Translations under genes and position numbers: made by a program
Notes under the pieces: model-generated
Database searches by the model: none
What the model was told of the DNA's origin: nothing
The model's input: only the letters and a program-made list of their open reading frames with translations
Shown here: piece after piece, positions 13,101 to 25,711 of the stretch
Numbering within the stretch: the stretch's first letter is position 1
How the letters are laid out: every line of letters starts with the position of its first letter
Assembly: GCA_910592345.1 (NCBI GenBank)
Contig: CAJVPI010000166.1
Coordinates: 1 to 47,177 of the forward strand
Length of the DNA stretch: 47,177 nt
Origin: Paraglomus brasilianum
Taxonomy: Eukaryota
Direction: 5' to 3'

Positions 13101-14892
13101 AGAGATAAACGACTTGAAACTCCAATGTAATCAACTCCAGAATGAAATAGACGATGCCCAACGTGATTCGCTTATTCAATCCTACGAAGCAGTTGACGAC
13201 GCTTTAGTGGAAGATTTGACCAATCAATTGAAGAAAGCTCACAGTGAGTCCAAGTCTTACCGGGATCGTGCTTTCGAATTTGAACAGCTGGTCAAGCAGC
13301 TTGAGCTTGAGAATCAAGAACAGCTTGGTAAAAATGACGAACTCGCGAAGCAAGTAGAAATGTATCAGAAAGATTTCGATTCTCTTGCAAACGAATTTAC
13401 CGACGTAGAGTCGAAATATGGGGATGCAAAGGAATTATCAAAGAAGCAGAAAGCCCAAATTGCAGAACTTGAAGCAGCATTGGAAGTAGCCAGACGTTCC
13501 ACTGGGAAAGCCGACATTCAAATTCCGACGCGTGGTTCTGGTCTTGTTAATTCTGCATTAGCTAATCTTGCAGCAGCCAACGAGAATCTTCGTCATACTA
13601 ATGACGCGCTGAATGCCAAAATAACCGAGGCGGAAGACCACGCTTTCAAGTTAAACGAAAAGATTAGATCTCTCGAAACCGAGTTCTCTGAACTGAAATC
13701 TATTGGCGGTTCCAAATCAGTAGATGCGCTGAACGCCAAGATTCGATCACTTGAGGACGAGCGCGATGAATTAAAGCAATCGTCTGAGGAAGAAAAGAAA
13801 AAACTCGACTCTAAAATCGAAACACTCAGAGGACAATTACGTACTGCTGGTCTTGGCGGAAACAAGGCAGCTCAAGCAATTGCTGATCTCAACGCTAAGA
13901 TTGCCTCTCTCGAACATGAGCAACAACGTTCTCGAAAAGAATCTGATGAAATGGAGAAAGAGATTGAACGTTTACTTGAGCTAAATGACAAGCTTGAGAC
14001 TGATATGAGAAAAGTCGAAAAAGAATCTTCCGGGTCTTCTACTGCTCGTGGTACTAACATTGACTCGAACGCTTCTGGATTCTCGACAGGCTCTCTACAA
14101 ACCAAATTGCACAAACAAGAGTCTACCATTACACAGCAGAATGGGTTTATTAAAACATTGCAAGAGAAAATTGCAGAGCTCGAAAGGAAAGCATTGGAGT
14201 ACGAGTCCTCATCCGCCAGAATATCTAATATGGGCATGTCAGGTACAGATCTTGATGCAGTCGGTGGGCTTCGTTTGTCGACATCATCTGCATCATCAGA
14301 TGTTCCTACTAGTACCAAGAAACCTACTCGGCAGACTATTACAAGTACAATAGTGAAAGCACCTCCACCAATGCCCCCGCCGAGTCATCCTCCACCGCCG
14401 CCTCCGACAGCATTGCCTCCAACACCTAATTCTCCGCCCTCGACACCTAACGGAAGCATACGAAATACAATGCCTCGTTCTCCTGAAGCAACAAATGCTC
14501 ATACAGAGCTTGCATCTGAGATACAGAGACTTCACAAGAAGATTGCGTCGATGGAAGGAGAAACTCTTTCTAGTCGTCAGCAAGTTGACAAGTTGAGGTC
14601 ACAATTAGCCGATTCTGAAAGTGAGATCCGCGTTGCCAAGAAGCAATTCGGAGTAATACAGAAGGATAAGGCAGAGTTACAAGAGAGGATTAAGAAATTA
14701 GAAGCGGAATTGAGTGAGGCCAGAGATCAAGTTGAATATACAAAGAGTGCTGTACAGAGGGAAAAGAAGGAATTGGATGATCGGGTTAAGGAGGAGAGAA
14801 TAGCTAAAGAAAACGCCGAAAAGGCCAAGCGGCAGTTAGAGAGTAGAATGGAGGAGTTGATTGCTAAGAGGAACAAGTTCATGTGTTTCTAA
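7171..14892 (+). CDS. Kinesin-4-like (KIF4/KIF21-type) N-terminal motor with a very long coiled-coil stalk and Pro-rich tail, ~2267 aa; one apparent +1 frameshift
   Basis: Exons 7171-7216, 7432-7650, 7835-8174, 8302-8566 and 8958-14892, all GT-AG. Motifs: VALRIRP, P-loop YGQTSSGKT, switch I NAQSSRSH, switch [30 protein letters not shown]. Removing one A from the A7 run at 12609-12615 joins ORFs 8988-12629 and 12592-14892; the protein ends RNKFMCF. Confidence 0.93.
8789..8827. repeat. 14-bp tandem repeat x3 in kinesin intron 4
   Basis: atataactcgt core at 8789, 8803 and 8817. Confidence 0.85.
11517..11621 (+). repeat. Coding 15-bp minisatellite x7 ([15 protein letters not shown]) in the kinesin stalk
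   Basis: gaagccgaaatcgct-like units every 15 nt from 11517. Confidence 0.95.
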
Positions 14893-16840
14893 TGGACTTT
14901 AACATGGTGTATTAGTGATTTAATAGTTACGTTGTCGAATTGTTTGTTAATTTAGTTGTATTTTTTACTTAATTAGTTATCATTTCGTTTAAATTTAAAC
15001 TGCGCATCATATAGATAAAAAGTCGAAACTATATTATTTTTTACCTTTATTTTATTCATTTTCTTCATATAAAGTACATATTATTTCCATTAAGTATCTA
15101 GTTTCTTTTAGCAAACCATTGTATTTGTATGTATATTTTCGGATTCTCTCTGAGTGAATAAATTCCACACTAAATATAATCAATGACGTTGGTGAATATC
15201 ATAATTGAAATAACAAACCCATGGAACACACCGAGTGGGACCAAAATGTATACTAAAAAAAGCGTAGTAAATTACCAGAAATTTATTACCGGTTAAGCAA
15301 CGCGACGCAGCGCGCGTCTGTATGAATAGAACGTCGTAGAATATCCTACATTCAATCATTGATACGAAGCCAGATTGTACAGTAGTAATTATTTTTATCA
15401 TACTCGTTTCAACCTGAACTTGAATTACGCCATTGCTTGCGGCGCGCATACTCTCATTATCATTAATTACTTATTTGGACATTGTCTTTAGCTAATGCCA
15501 GATACTAAAAATGGAGAAAATTCAGGAAACGGCGATTGTCAGATCCGAGTATTTCCGCATCTCGGCAGATGTATAACGCCAAAATTGTCAACGATTACCG
15601 TGCAAGTTACATATACTGTATATACTACGCTTCTAATATAGCATCATCACATTAAATTACTTGCAATAGAATTTATAAGTATGTTCGTCAGAAATATATT
15701 AAAAAATTGGCCTTTGGAATTACGTAAGGTGCACAAACGTAAGATCCAACTATCTATCCATATATCCAAATCTACTTCCCTCTTTTTTAACGCAGTTCTT
15801 CCCATGTAAATACTATAATTGAAATCTATTGTTCACCATTCTACAAGCATAATTGTTTTAGCTAATGGAATAACGGCTCGAACAATTACTAATTGATTCA
15901 CAAACATTCTGTTGCTGCGACATTCTTGGAATGTACGAGAGAACATACTGTAGATAATTACTGTGCTACTGCCTGGAACGCTCTTCATTGGTTATCATTA
16001 CGATATAATCACTCATAATTATTTTTATTAGCTCGGATCGCTTTTTTCCCCCCTCATTCCGATAGCATTAATGGCGTTGCTAATTGCAAGTATCAAATAA
16101 GCAAAATAAGCGCTTATTTGCAAAATGTGAAAGTCTTGTTCTTATCAATTGCTATACACATGAATAGAGTTTGAATACACCATTCAGGCAGGATGACGTA
16201 TAAACCAACCAATGAAAATAAACTTTCACAAACCTGCGCCAGAATCTGGGATAAGATGGTTACCTGATAGCAATTTGTGTGTAGTTTAGTCTGGAAGTTT
16301 TAATTTATAGATTATGTCTTATCAGTGATTTAAATTTATTTGATAATACAAAGCACGTGTTTGTATCCTTAGAGTCCGGGCCGCCAAGCGTTTATTTGAT
16401 ATATCACACAAAAAGAACTGGGTCATAAAGTTTAACGTAACTGTTTTTTATTGTTGTCTTTTTTTTTTATTTATTTTTACTGCAATGTTGTGTCTTAATA
16501 TCTCCCTATATTGCAAACAATTTCCTTTTACGATTGAATGCTTTTAAACAAGACAAAGACTTGGCGTACACCATCCGGTTGAAACGGTCGGTTACCACAA
16601 CAAAAAACTGTGCCCTGTTGGACGAAATGTGTATATATGGATTTATTAATTTTATGCTATGGATTTGAGTTCGTACTTGCGAATTTTTGTGCTTTATCGA
16701 TTACCTTGTTTAGAAACTCTTATTATTAAGCAGACAAACGCCAACATTATGTAACAAAGTAACAATCCTGCCTATCAGCCTATAGGTTCAGTTCATACAC
16801 ACTTGTTCTACGTTACTCCAAAAAAAACCCAGTCGTGTTA

Positions 16841-16850
16841 ATATCTCGAG
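16841..16850 (+). promoter_or_regulatory. Candidate shared kinase-gene upstream motif ATATCNCGAG (copy 1)
   Basis: ATATCTCGAG starts 58 nt before the ATG at 16899; the same motif precedes the other two full-length kinase genes. Confidence 0.35.
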
Positions 16851-16898
16851 GCAACGATCTCTCCGGTCTTGAAATTATCTCTCTCCGAAAAAAAAAAA

Positions 16899-19499
16899 AT
16901 GTCGTTAGTTCTACCTCCACCCGTTGATATTTCTGCCAAGGCCCTATCAATTCCTATTATGTGGATTCCTCCGAAAGAGATTACCGATGTAGTCTTAACT
17001 CAAGATGGTAACCAAACCGTCTACCGTGGCGTGCTGCGACAAAATGAACAAAATGAACTGGTGGTGATGATATTTCTTGGAACTAGTAATGAATGGACAC
17101 AGGAGGTTATTGATAGATTTCTTATAGCTTATTCGCTTCCAACGAGCGAGTATAACAATCAGAATATCAGTCGGTTTAAAAGATATTCGGCCTTGCTTGA
17201 GAATCGTAACAAATTAGTACGAGGATATACCCAGTATAACGACGGCGCCTACTATCTGGTGGTCAACCAAAAATTTCACTCTCTTTGTTCATTATGGGGA
17301 TTTTGCTCTAACTGTGGCAGACTCAGATGCAGTCCAGTGTGGTGTATTTGCAAGCATAAAGAATTATCCGTTTGGACAAGCAACAATAAGGAACTCAATG
17401 AGTTTATTAAGAAATCGCAAATACAAACAACATCAGCAAATGAAGCCTACTTGGAATGGATTCCATTCGTTAATTTAAATCAAAGCTCTGCAGACTCGGA
17501 TACATATTGGCATGACATGTATCCTCATGCGAGTTTGGAATTGATTCCAATCGACATAACAGGGAATAAGGTAAATGTTTATTTTTTTAATGGTTACAAA
17601 TATATCGTAGAATTTGATTTAACATAACGATAAATTTTGTTAGTTCTGCGATCCAAATTTGCTTGACCAAAAAAACACTTGGACTACTATTGGTTTTACA
17701 TATTCAAAAAGTATATCAAGATATGCCTTAGTTAAAGTTAAATCAATATCAAATTTTAATAAGGATGGCTTATGTCTGGCATGCACAAAATACTTGGACT
17801 CAAGAATAAGTCCGTTTTGTTTTAGTTGCAAAGCACTGAGTCCTCCAACTTGGGCAAGTGGCAATGAATCCCTAGACAAGTTTATAATGAACTCATGGAA
17901 AAGAGTAACAGATTTAAATGATGATTTTGTAAGATGGATTGAATTCTCTCAATTGAAAGATGTAAAAGAGACAACATCATATAACTATCAATGTGTGTAT
18001 ACAGCTGTTTGGTCAGAACCAAAAGAAAATGAGGATGCATCAATTAATGTAATACTCAAAAAAGTGGCTGATGGATGTGATGCCGAGTTATTTGATTTTT
18101 ATGAGGTAAAAAGCTTTTCATATAGGTTAAAGTTGTTGTTGTGTTTGTTGGTATATTCACTTACTAATTTTAGGAATTATTGTATTGTTTGCTAACTTAG
18201 TTAACTGATGCTTACCCAGAAATATTAACCCCAAACAATACATGGATTATTGGCATTACACAAAAACCAGCTTGTCGAAACTATTTTTTGGTATTATACC
18301 AAGATATACGTCCAATTTTGGAGAGATTTGTACACAGAAATCATTTAAAATTTATAGATTATGGCGACTTTTGTGAGTTTCAAAGGATTGGTTCTGGTGG
18401 TTATGGAACAATCTATTCCGCCAAGTGTAAAGAGTCTTCATTACAACAATATGAGCGCGTCACTCTAAAACGTTTCAAACAGTTTAAACTGATGCCAGAG
18501 TTATTTATTTCTGAGGTAAGCAATATAATACATGTAGCTGCTTCTTTTTTTCTTTTTTGAAACCCATATTTTAACCATTATTACTACTTTCATGATGATA
18601 GCTCAGGAATCATGTTGCTTGTAGTGATTTCTACTTTTTGAAAATTTTTGGAGTCACACTAGACCCAACTACAGAAACATATATGATTGTATTGCAATAT
18701 GCTAATGATGGTAATCTTTTGGATTACTTGGTCCGAAATATCACGAAATTGACATGGGCAATGAAGTTAAAGTATTTGTGGAGTATTGCACTCCACCTTA
18801 CTACGATTCACAAGCAAGATTTGATCCATTGTGATCTGCATGGCGGGAACATAGTTTTCCACAAGAATAAGAGTGAAGAAGAAAATTATGCTTATCTAAG
18901 TGATCCGTTCATATGCGATCTTGGACGTGCCAGATCGGAGAAGGAAGACCAATCAGACACGCTTCGAGGTGTCTTGCCCTATATTGCACCAGAAGTTTAT
19001 CACAACTACACATTTACCAAGGAATCCGATATATATGCTTTTGGTATCCTTATATATCAACTTGCCAGCGGTGAGCCACCCTTCAGGAATCACGATTTTG
19101 ATGAAGATTTGGTATGTGAAATTATGAATGGGCTGCGACCAGAAATGCCTGATTCAGCACCAGAGGAATACAGGAAACTTGCAGAGTGGTGTTGCGATGC
19201 TGATCCGAAAAAAACGCCCGACTACCTCGAAACTCAATTTTTATATTGGGGATCTTATTGCTAAAGCGCGCGGAACTGTTGCGTGGGATAATATTTATTA
19301 CAAGCACGTAGAACCCTTATCATCCAGCGAGAAGGAGAACAAATACTCCAGTAAACTGTTACCTACAGGGAGACATTTACCTAAACCTAGGAACAAGGAC
19401 GATGATAATGAGCCGGTATGGACTTGCAGTATGTTTATGTTGGATGGCTTGACGCTAATTCTCAATACTAATATAATACTTTTTATTAAATTCTCATGA
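16899..19499 (+). CDS. TKL-group protein kinase with Cys-rich and repeated degenerate kinase-N-lobe leader, ~780 aa; one apparent +1 frameshift
   Basis: Exons 16899-17570, 17644-18105, 18201-18515 and 18602-~19499, with phase-0 GT-AG introns. Motifs: IGSGGYGTIY, VTLK, HCDLHGGN, DLG, YIAPE, SDIYAFG. The A7 run at 19208-19214 needs one base removed to read DPKKRP. The exact 3' end is uncertain (possible extra intron from ~19429). Confidence 0.88.
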
Positions 19500-19910
19500 A
19501 CCAGGAAACCGAAACTTAAATTACTTTCTGGCTCTCTATACATTGTACTATTTAATCCAAATCATAATATCTACGAGATGTAAGCATATATTTACTGCCT
19601 TTCGTATCAAAAAGTATTGTAAAATGTGGTGGCTGTTTTCTATTTATTTATCTTTTTTTTTGCGATAGCAAAATTATAAAAATCTTTTGACTAAATGTCA
19701 CAAAATTAGCATTACTATATATAGCATTATAAATTGATATGTATTTTATTATTTTATAAATACAAAAATAAGCATTACTATTACTATACGTAGTACTATA
19801 AATTGATATGTACAATATTTTATTATTTTATAAATCAAAATAAAATATTTTATGATTTCAAAACGTCCCCACAACGAGTATGATTTGTATACGAACAGGC
19901 TGCTGTCGTA

Positions 19911-19999
19911 TGTCAGTTGGGAATTTATGTCAGATTGGAATTTACGTGATATGTCCATTCCGAACTGACATATGTGTCAGATTGGAATGTACGAATACA
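19911..19999. repeat. Cluster of four TGTCAGWTKGGAAT-like motifs (three direct, one inverted); possible transposon subterminal array
   Basis: Copies at 19911-19924, 19928-19941, 19957-19970 (inverted) and 19975-19988; the array ends in ...GAATACA. Confidence 0.6.
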
Positions 20000-20469
20000 G
20001 TTCGTCCAGCTTGTTCTATCGCCATGCTAAGCCATCAGTTTGTTGTGTGCACAATTAACTGTATAAGTTAGATGTCTATTGACGGATATCTACTTGAATA
20101 GTCTGTATGTTATAAGCCATGTATTCAATCATGTCGTAGAGAATATTATTAACTGAATTCTTTATACATTTGTGGCTGATTTGATGACAACGGATACACT
20201 AAACTTTCGAAAGCCTATACAGTATTTTTTGCGTTTAAAATGCAATTGTCAGTTTCCTGATACAGTATTATTAAATGAGCCCCAAACGTTTATCGATATG
20301 AAAGCCTATTCGTGATGCATCAAATTATATGCTACTCTCGCCACCTCCTAAGCTTTTTTACCAATGAACTTATTTAGTAGTATTAGCATGAAAAACAAAT
20401 TAAACAATTTAGTATAGCTAAATTCGCATCGCCACCATCCACATGGATGACTATGGTGCAATAAAATCT

Positions 20470-20690
20470 TGAAATAATTGAACCCGGTATTCATTTACAG
20501 AGTTGGACGACATACCTAATAAAAATGTAACATTGTATAAAGCTGCTTCAGCTCAAAGTCAAAGCTTGGTCAATTTAACCAATATTAGATGTAGTTGCAA
20601 GACTAGTTGCTCAACAGCTCGATGCGCTTGTCGCAAACCTGCCATCATTTATGCCACCCTAATAACCGACAGTGCAGTAATGTTCATTGA
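20470..20690 (+). mobile_element. C-terminal remnant of an integrase-type (Ginger2/KRBA2-like) transposase with a CXC Cys cluster
   Basis: LDDIPNKNVTLYKAASAQS...IRCSCKTSCSTARCACRK, then in another frame CHPNNRQCSN. This matches the remembered pattern D.P...SLREAA..QS...CxCxxxCxxxRCxCxK...CH....C.N of such transposases. Internal deletion present. Confidence 0.55.
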
Positions 20691-22700
20691 ATACATCGTT
20701 ACGTGTATAGCATTATTATATTATAAGGTAAGATTCAAGTATTTGTAAACGAAGGCATTATACAAGTAGTAATACCACAAGTTCTTGCCATTATGTATAT
20801 AGATTATTGTTCATTCTTTACGCTAAATTTACAACATATATTTTTATAACAAATGCAGTATGTTATATGCAGTAGGATGGATGTCATAATAATAATGTCA
20901 AATAAATACTCTTGATTGTTCCAGCAATTGCATCGAGATGTCGTCCTGGCCTCCATTTATTTGCTTAATTTGTATTAGATCCATTTGTCTTTTCCTTCTG
21001 GCCCCATTTTATTTGTTTAATTTTTATTGTCTCGATATATCTTTTCCTTCTCGATTTTCCTTTAGACACATAATTAGTAAGCTTTGTTTATCGCACAGAC
21101 GTAATTAACATTAGTTATTATTATGCACATTTAAAATAAACTTTTCGTGCTTACTCCATTTTGTTACGCACACGTGAACCTTTTTCCTTTACGCTTATAT
21201 ATAGACGCTTCCTCGCTATTCGTACATTCCTGTTGCAATACTTTCCTTCTCTTAATAACCATAACTTAATCTCCTTTCCATCACAAAAAAGTCCCAAATT
21301 CTTGATATACTGTATACACTGTTGATTTTCTTCAAACCGGTGAATCAGTTTTCCATAGTACTGATACTTCCCCTATTGACTCAGATTTCAAGCGCAATCC
21401 TACTGGCGCCCTTCCGACACTCTACGAAAAATTTTACGCAAACTTTGTGAAGAAAAATATGCGTAATTTCCCTGCGTTCCCTGTTCTTACTGTTCACGTC
21501 TATTATATCCTCACCGTCAAATGGGTAGTTATAAATGACAACTTTACCTATCCTTTACAATCAAGTTTTCCACGAAATATTGTTACAAATCTACGCAACG
21601 AGTTAATCACATCATTCATTGTTAATCTTATTATCAAAACTTTCACGGCGCATATTTAAACGTCATCTGCCTTAGTATGATTAATATGCTCATACATATT
21701 TCGTTTATCGGGCTGTTAATATTTGATCATAACTCCCAGCTTTATATTTAATGTCTCCCGAAATTCCGTTATTATATTCAACATTATTGTCATCTCCTTC
21801 CGTCATTTGTCTTATTGGATTTTATATAAAAGAACACGCCCGCCATGTTATTCTTCCGCCATATTTCTCGGCATCTGTGTCACTGCGTATAATTCAGCCA
21901 GTATACCACACGCACGTACGTCGATCCGCACAATCGCCACAATAGAATCCGCTGCCCAAATACGAAATAATATCACCACGTTTTCCTCTCGTACCACACA
22001 ATACGTAAGCGGCAGTGGATTAAGCTTAAATATAGCAGAATTTGATATCACGAATCCTCCAAGAAAAATCTGCATGAAAAAACAAAGAAGGGGGAAAGTA
22101 GGATCTCGGTTATCGCTAGTAGGAGAGTTGGACATGTTTCTTTGTATTTTCTCTAGACTTTGTTGGCAAACTTTTCATTAACAGCGGCGCTCTGATGCGT
22201 TTGTGTTACTCTCGATTGAGTTTTCCAAGTAGCAAAAGATAAGGAGAACGTTCTCCCACAGAATAGCTAGAGAAAATCAATCAACGGAAATCCTGTCTGT
22301 CGATGTTGTCTTATCTATAAACAAACAAAGAACTACCGTCCTTACCAAGGCCTCCCAATAAATGAATAAAATAATAAAAATTAAAGCAACGAAACTGTTC
22401 TTATAAGATAAAACCATAATTTAAACGCCCAGTTCGACTATGTCTAAATAATCATATTATTGTCTATGTGGACCCCTTCCACGTCGCATTACACAAACTA
22501 TTACATGCGATTTATTCCAAAATATTATTTTATTTACGTATACAAATAATCTCGCTCATAGATTAATAACACAAACTACTCATGTATTTCCTTTTTAGAA
22601 ATTAAAATTGTTAACAAATTCTCAATTACTAGAAAAGGGAGCCTAGTTTAATATAATGTTCTGTCGATATACAAATCGCACAACAACATCATTATAAGTT

Positions 22701-22710
22701 ATATCGCGAG
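22701..22710 (+). promoter_or_regulatory. Candidate shared kinase-gene upstream motif ATATCNCGAG (copy 2)
   Basis: ATATCGCGAG starts 220 nt before the ATG at 22921. Confidence 0.35.
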
Positions 22711-22920
22711 ATTATTATTATCATTATATCGAGCCCAATTTTATTATGCCAACTTCATCTTAATATCGAGAGTGACTTTGTATCAAGTAAATTTACACAA
22801 TAAATAGCAAAATTTTCGATGCATCCATCGTACACAAAAGGTAGTTACACTGCATCCGGCAAGAGATGTGCCACATTTGTCGTGGTCGGAACACTTCTCT
22901 ACTTACGTCTACTATCAACA

Positions 22921-24878
22921 ATGTCTCAAACATATAAAAAATGGCTAGAGACAAGCATTCATGAAGGTTCAATCTATTGCTGTCCAGAAAATGGCATAAA
23001 ACTAGACCCTCTACATATTGGTCATGGAGCATTTGGAGTGGTATACAAGGCAACGATAAAGCAGAAAAACGGCATTGGAAACATCGCCAAGAACATCTTG
23101 GGCAGAAAGTCTAACAACATTTCCTCAGACACTACTGTTGCAGTGAAAATTTTGTACCCAGACAGACATGGAGTTTGTAAAGAATTGCATCAACAATTTG
23201 TCAAAGAGGTAGCCTACCTATTATCATCCGATATGCTTGCTGTATCTTGTGTATAGACTAATTTTGAATGAATGCCATACATTAGCTAAAACACCACAGG
23301 GAAGCGAACAACCACCCTAACATTATCCGTTTTTTGGGTCTATACAAAGGTATGTTAAAAAAAGGGCAATCTATTTACCTATTACTACAAGGAGTAGCTT
23401 CTTAATCTATCCTATTTCGACACATACAGACAAGTATGAAAATTATCATATGATGTTTGAACTGGCCGACGGTGGAAGTTTGCGTGAATACTTAACGAAA
23501 CACTTTGGAAGCTTGACTTGGAAAGACAAATACAAGCTGGGCTTAGAAGTTACCAATGGGCTAAAACATTTACATGACCTCGATATTATTCACAAGGATT
23601 TGGTATTTATTGCACACATCTCGATTGTATCTTTTGAGCCTTAAGCTGACACATGCGTTTGTTTCTAGTCATCAAGTAACATCCTTATCAAATCAGGCGT
23701 TGCAAAGATAACTGATTTCGGTTTATCGAGTGTGTTGAAACAAGCGATGTCCAAATCACGTGGAGATGGCGCTCCAGCATACAGGGATCCGGTATCTTTG
23801 AAAGACAATTCATATCAACGTGGAAAGAAATCCGATATATTTGGCCTTGGTGTAATCCTATGGGAATTATCCAGTGGTAAAGGTCCATGTGAAGAGCTTA
23901 TTGAACCTTTGCAAATTTTTGTGTATAGACTTAATGGCTCTCGTGATTCCCCATTTCCTGGAACACCTGAAGAATATATTAGTCTGTATTCAGATTGTTG
24001 GGATGAAGATCCCAATAAGCGGCCGTTGTGTGCTAAGATTTATAAGAGATTGGAGCTTTGTTATCAAATGGACGATCTTAACAAGTCATTGGAGGTTGAA
24101 CCAAATGATGCGTGGGCATTAAGTCAAAGGGGACTTGTCTATAATAATCTAAAACAATACGACAGTTCACTAATCGATCTCAACAAATCATTAGAGATTG
24201 AACCAAATAATGCGTTGGCATTGAGTGTAAGGTCTCATGTTTATACAATGCTTGAACAGTATGACAATGCATTGAATGACGTTAGCAAAGCATTGGAAAT
24301 TGAACGAGATGACGTGCTTGCACTGTCTATATATAAGAGGATATCTTTATAATGAACTCAAACAGTATGAGCGTGCATTAAGCGATGTCAACAAAGCATT
24401 AGAAGTTGAACTGAAAGATAAATCTGCATTAAGCGTACGGGGGCATGTTTATTGTAAACTTGGGCAATACGAATATTCCTTAAGCGATCTCAACAAATCT
24501 TTGGCGATCGACCCGAGTAATAACCGGGCATTAATGTTCAGGGGCGAGACATATTACATGTTGAAACAATATGACTGTGCATTGATTGATCTAAATAAAT
24601 CGTTGGAGATTGATCACGATCAAGTCGGTGCGTTAATTATAAGGGGAAACGTGTATCTCGATCTAGAAGAATACGACAGTTCATTAAATGATCTCAACAG
24701 GTCGTTAGCAATAAAGCCAAATAATGCACATGCATTGCGAATAAGAGGCAATGTCTATTTCAATCTCGGAGAATATGGTAATGCATTGACTGATCTCAAC
24801 AAGTCATTGGAGATTGAACCAAATGACGCGCATGCATTAAGAATAAGAGATCAGGTATATGAGACGCTCAAAACATAA
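22921..24878 (+). CDS. TKL protein kinase fused to ~8 C-terminal TPR repeats, ~576 aa; one apparent frameshift
   Basis: Exons 22921-23208, 23286-23349, 23430-23602 and 23669-24878. Motifs: IGHGAFGVVY, VAVK, HPNIIRFLG, HKDLSSSN, DFG, SDIFGLG. 34-aa repeats of type DLNKSLEIEPNxAxALxxRGxVY follow. Frame break at (TA)4, 24328-24335. An upstream in-frame ATG at 22819 is possible. Confidence 0.9.
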
Positions 24879-25265
24879 TAAGGGTCAATGTGGATATTTT
24901 AAGATATCACGCTGCTCGAATATATTATAACCAAATAGAGCTGCCTTCAATTCACATGTTTATTTCTTATATAGTACACAGAGTTTGATGATGTTTTTCT
25001 ATTTCCATGTATGAATCAACTTTTTGCAAAATGCAATATTTGTATCACATAGCTGAACGTTAATTGGAGATATTAAGTCTGACGTTTTGACATATGTTAA
25101 TCCTAGCGATGTCGCTCATAGTAACTAGTATACATATCAGGGGTTGCTTTTCGAATTGTATCAATGAGTACGCGAATATGATTATTTACGTAAAGTTTTT
25201 TCCACCTTACAATCATACAAGTTTATAACTACAGATATTCATACGTCATTACTGCCAAAAGTTTT

Positions 25266-25711
25266 GATATTATGGCGATAGAGAGATGGGAAGAGAAGAT
25301 AGTCGAGCTTTTATATGTTGAAAGTTCACGTGTTGTCTGTACTGATAAAAAAGCAAATAATGATTACGTAAAATTGTGGAGGAAAACGTTAGATAGGGTC
25401 AATTACGTAAGTTTCCTATGCAGACCGACCAGCAATCAATTTGGTGTTGTTGGAATACAAGTTGGCCGCGGGATACCAAGGTATTTCCATCTTTGCGAAG
25501 CGGGAATTCCTTTAACAGTATATACGGTAAGTCGTCAGGTGTAAGAACCCTCGTACATTTGTTGTTAACATTGAGAAACATCTTACTTGTAAATAAGAGT
25601 TTGCTTATGCAAGCTTTAAAACAAGCTGTATCTCGCTCACCTAGAAATGTACATTCCGTCTACTGTTACTTCCCCGCCAAGTTCGCCATCGAGAACCAAG
25701 AGAGGCAGTGA
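25266..25711 (+). pseudogene. Fragment of a Glomeromycotina-type PD-(D/E)XK/REase-like (Crinkler-effector-like) C-terminal domain
   Basis: DIMAIE...ELLYVESSRVVC...DYVKLWRKTLD...QFGVVGIQV | PRYFHL...IPLT | LVHLLLTLRNILLVNKSLLMQAL. There is an internal deletion, a frameshift and no N-terminus. The family call rests on remembered similarity to AM-fungal hypothetical proteins. Confidence 0.5.

Noticed and set aside
10478..14583. Numerous antisense and alternate-frame ORFs within the kinesin
   Set aside because: Shadow ORFs of Glu/Lys/Leu-rich coiled-coil codons and of the 15-bp repeat.
19984..21230. 14-bp inverted pair GGAATGTACGAATA / TATTCGTACATTCC as TIRs of one element
   Set aside because: The match does not extend, no TSD is evident, and a similar 11-mer occurs at 15928; may be chance.
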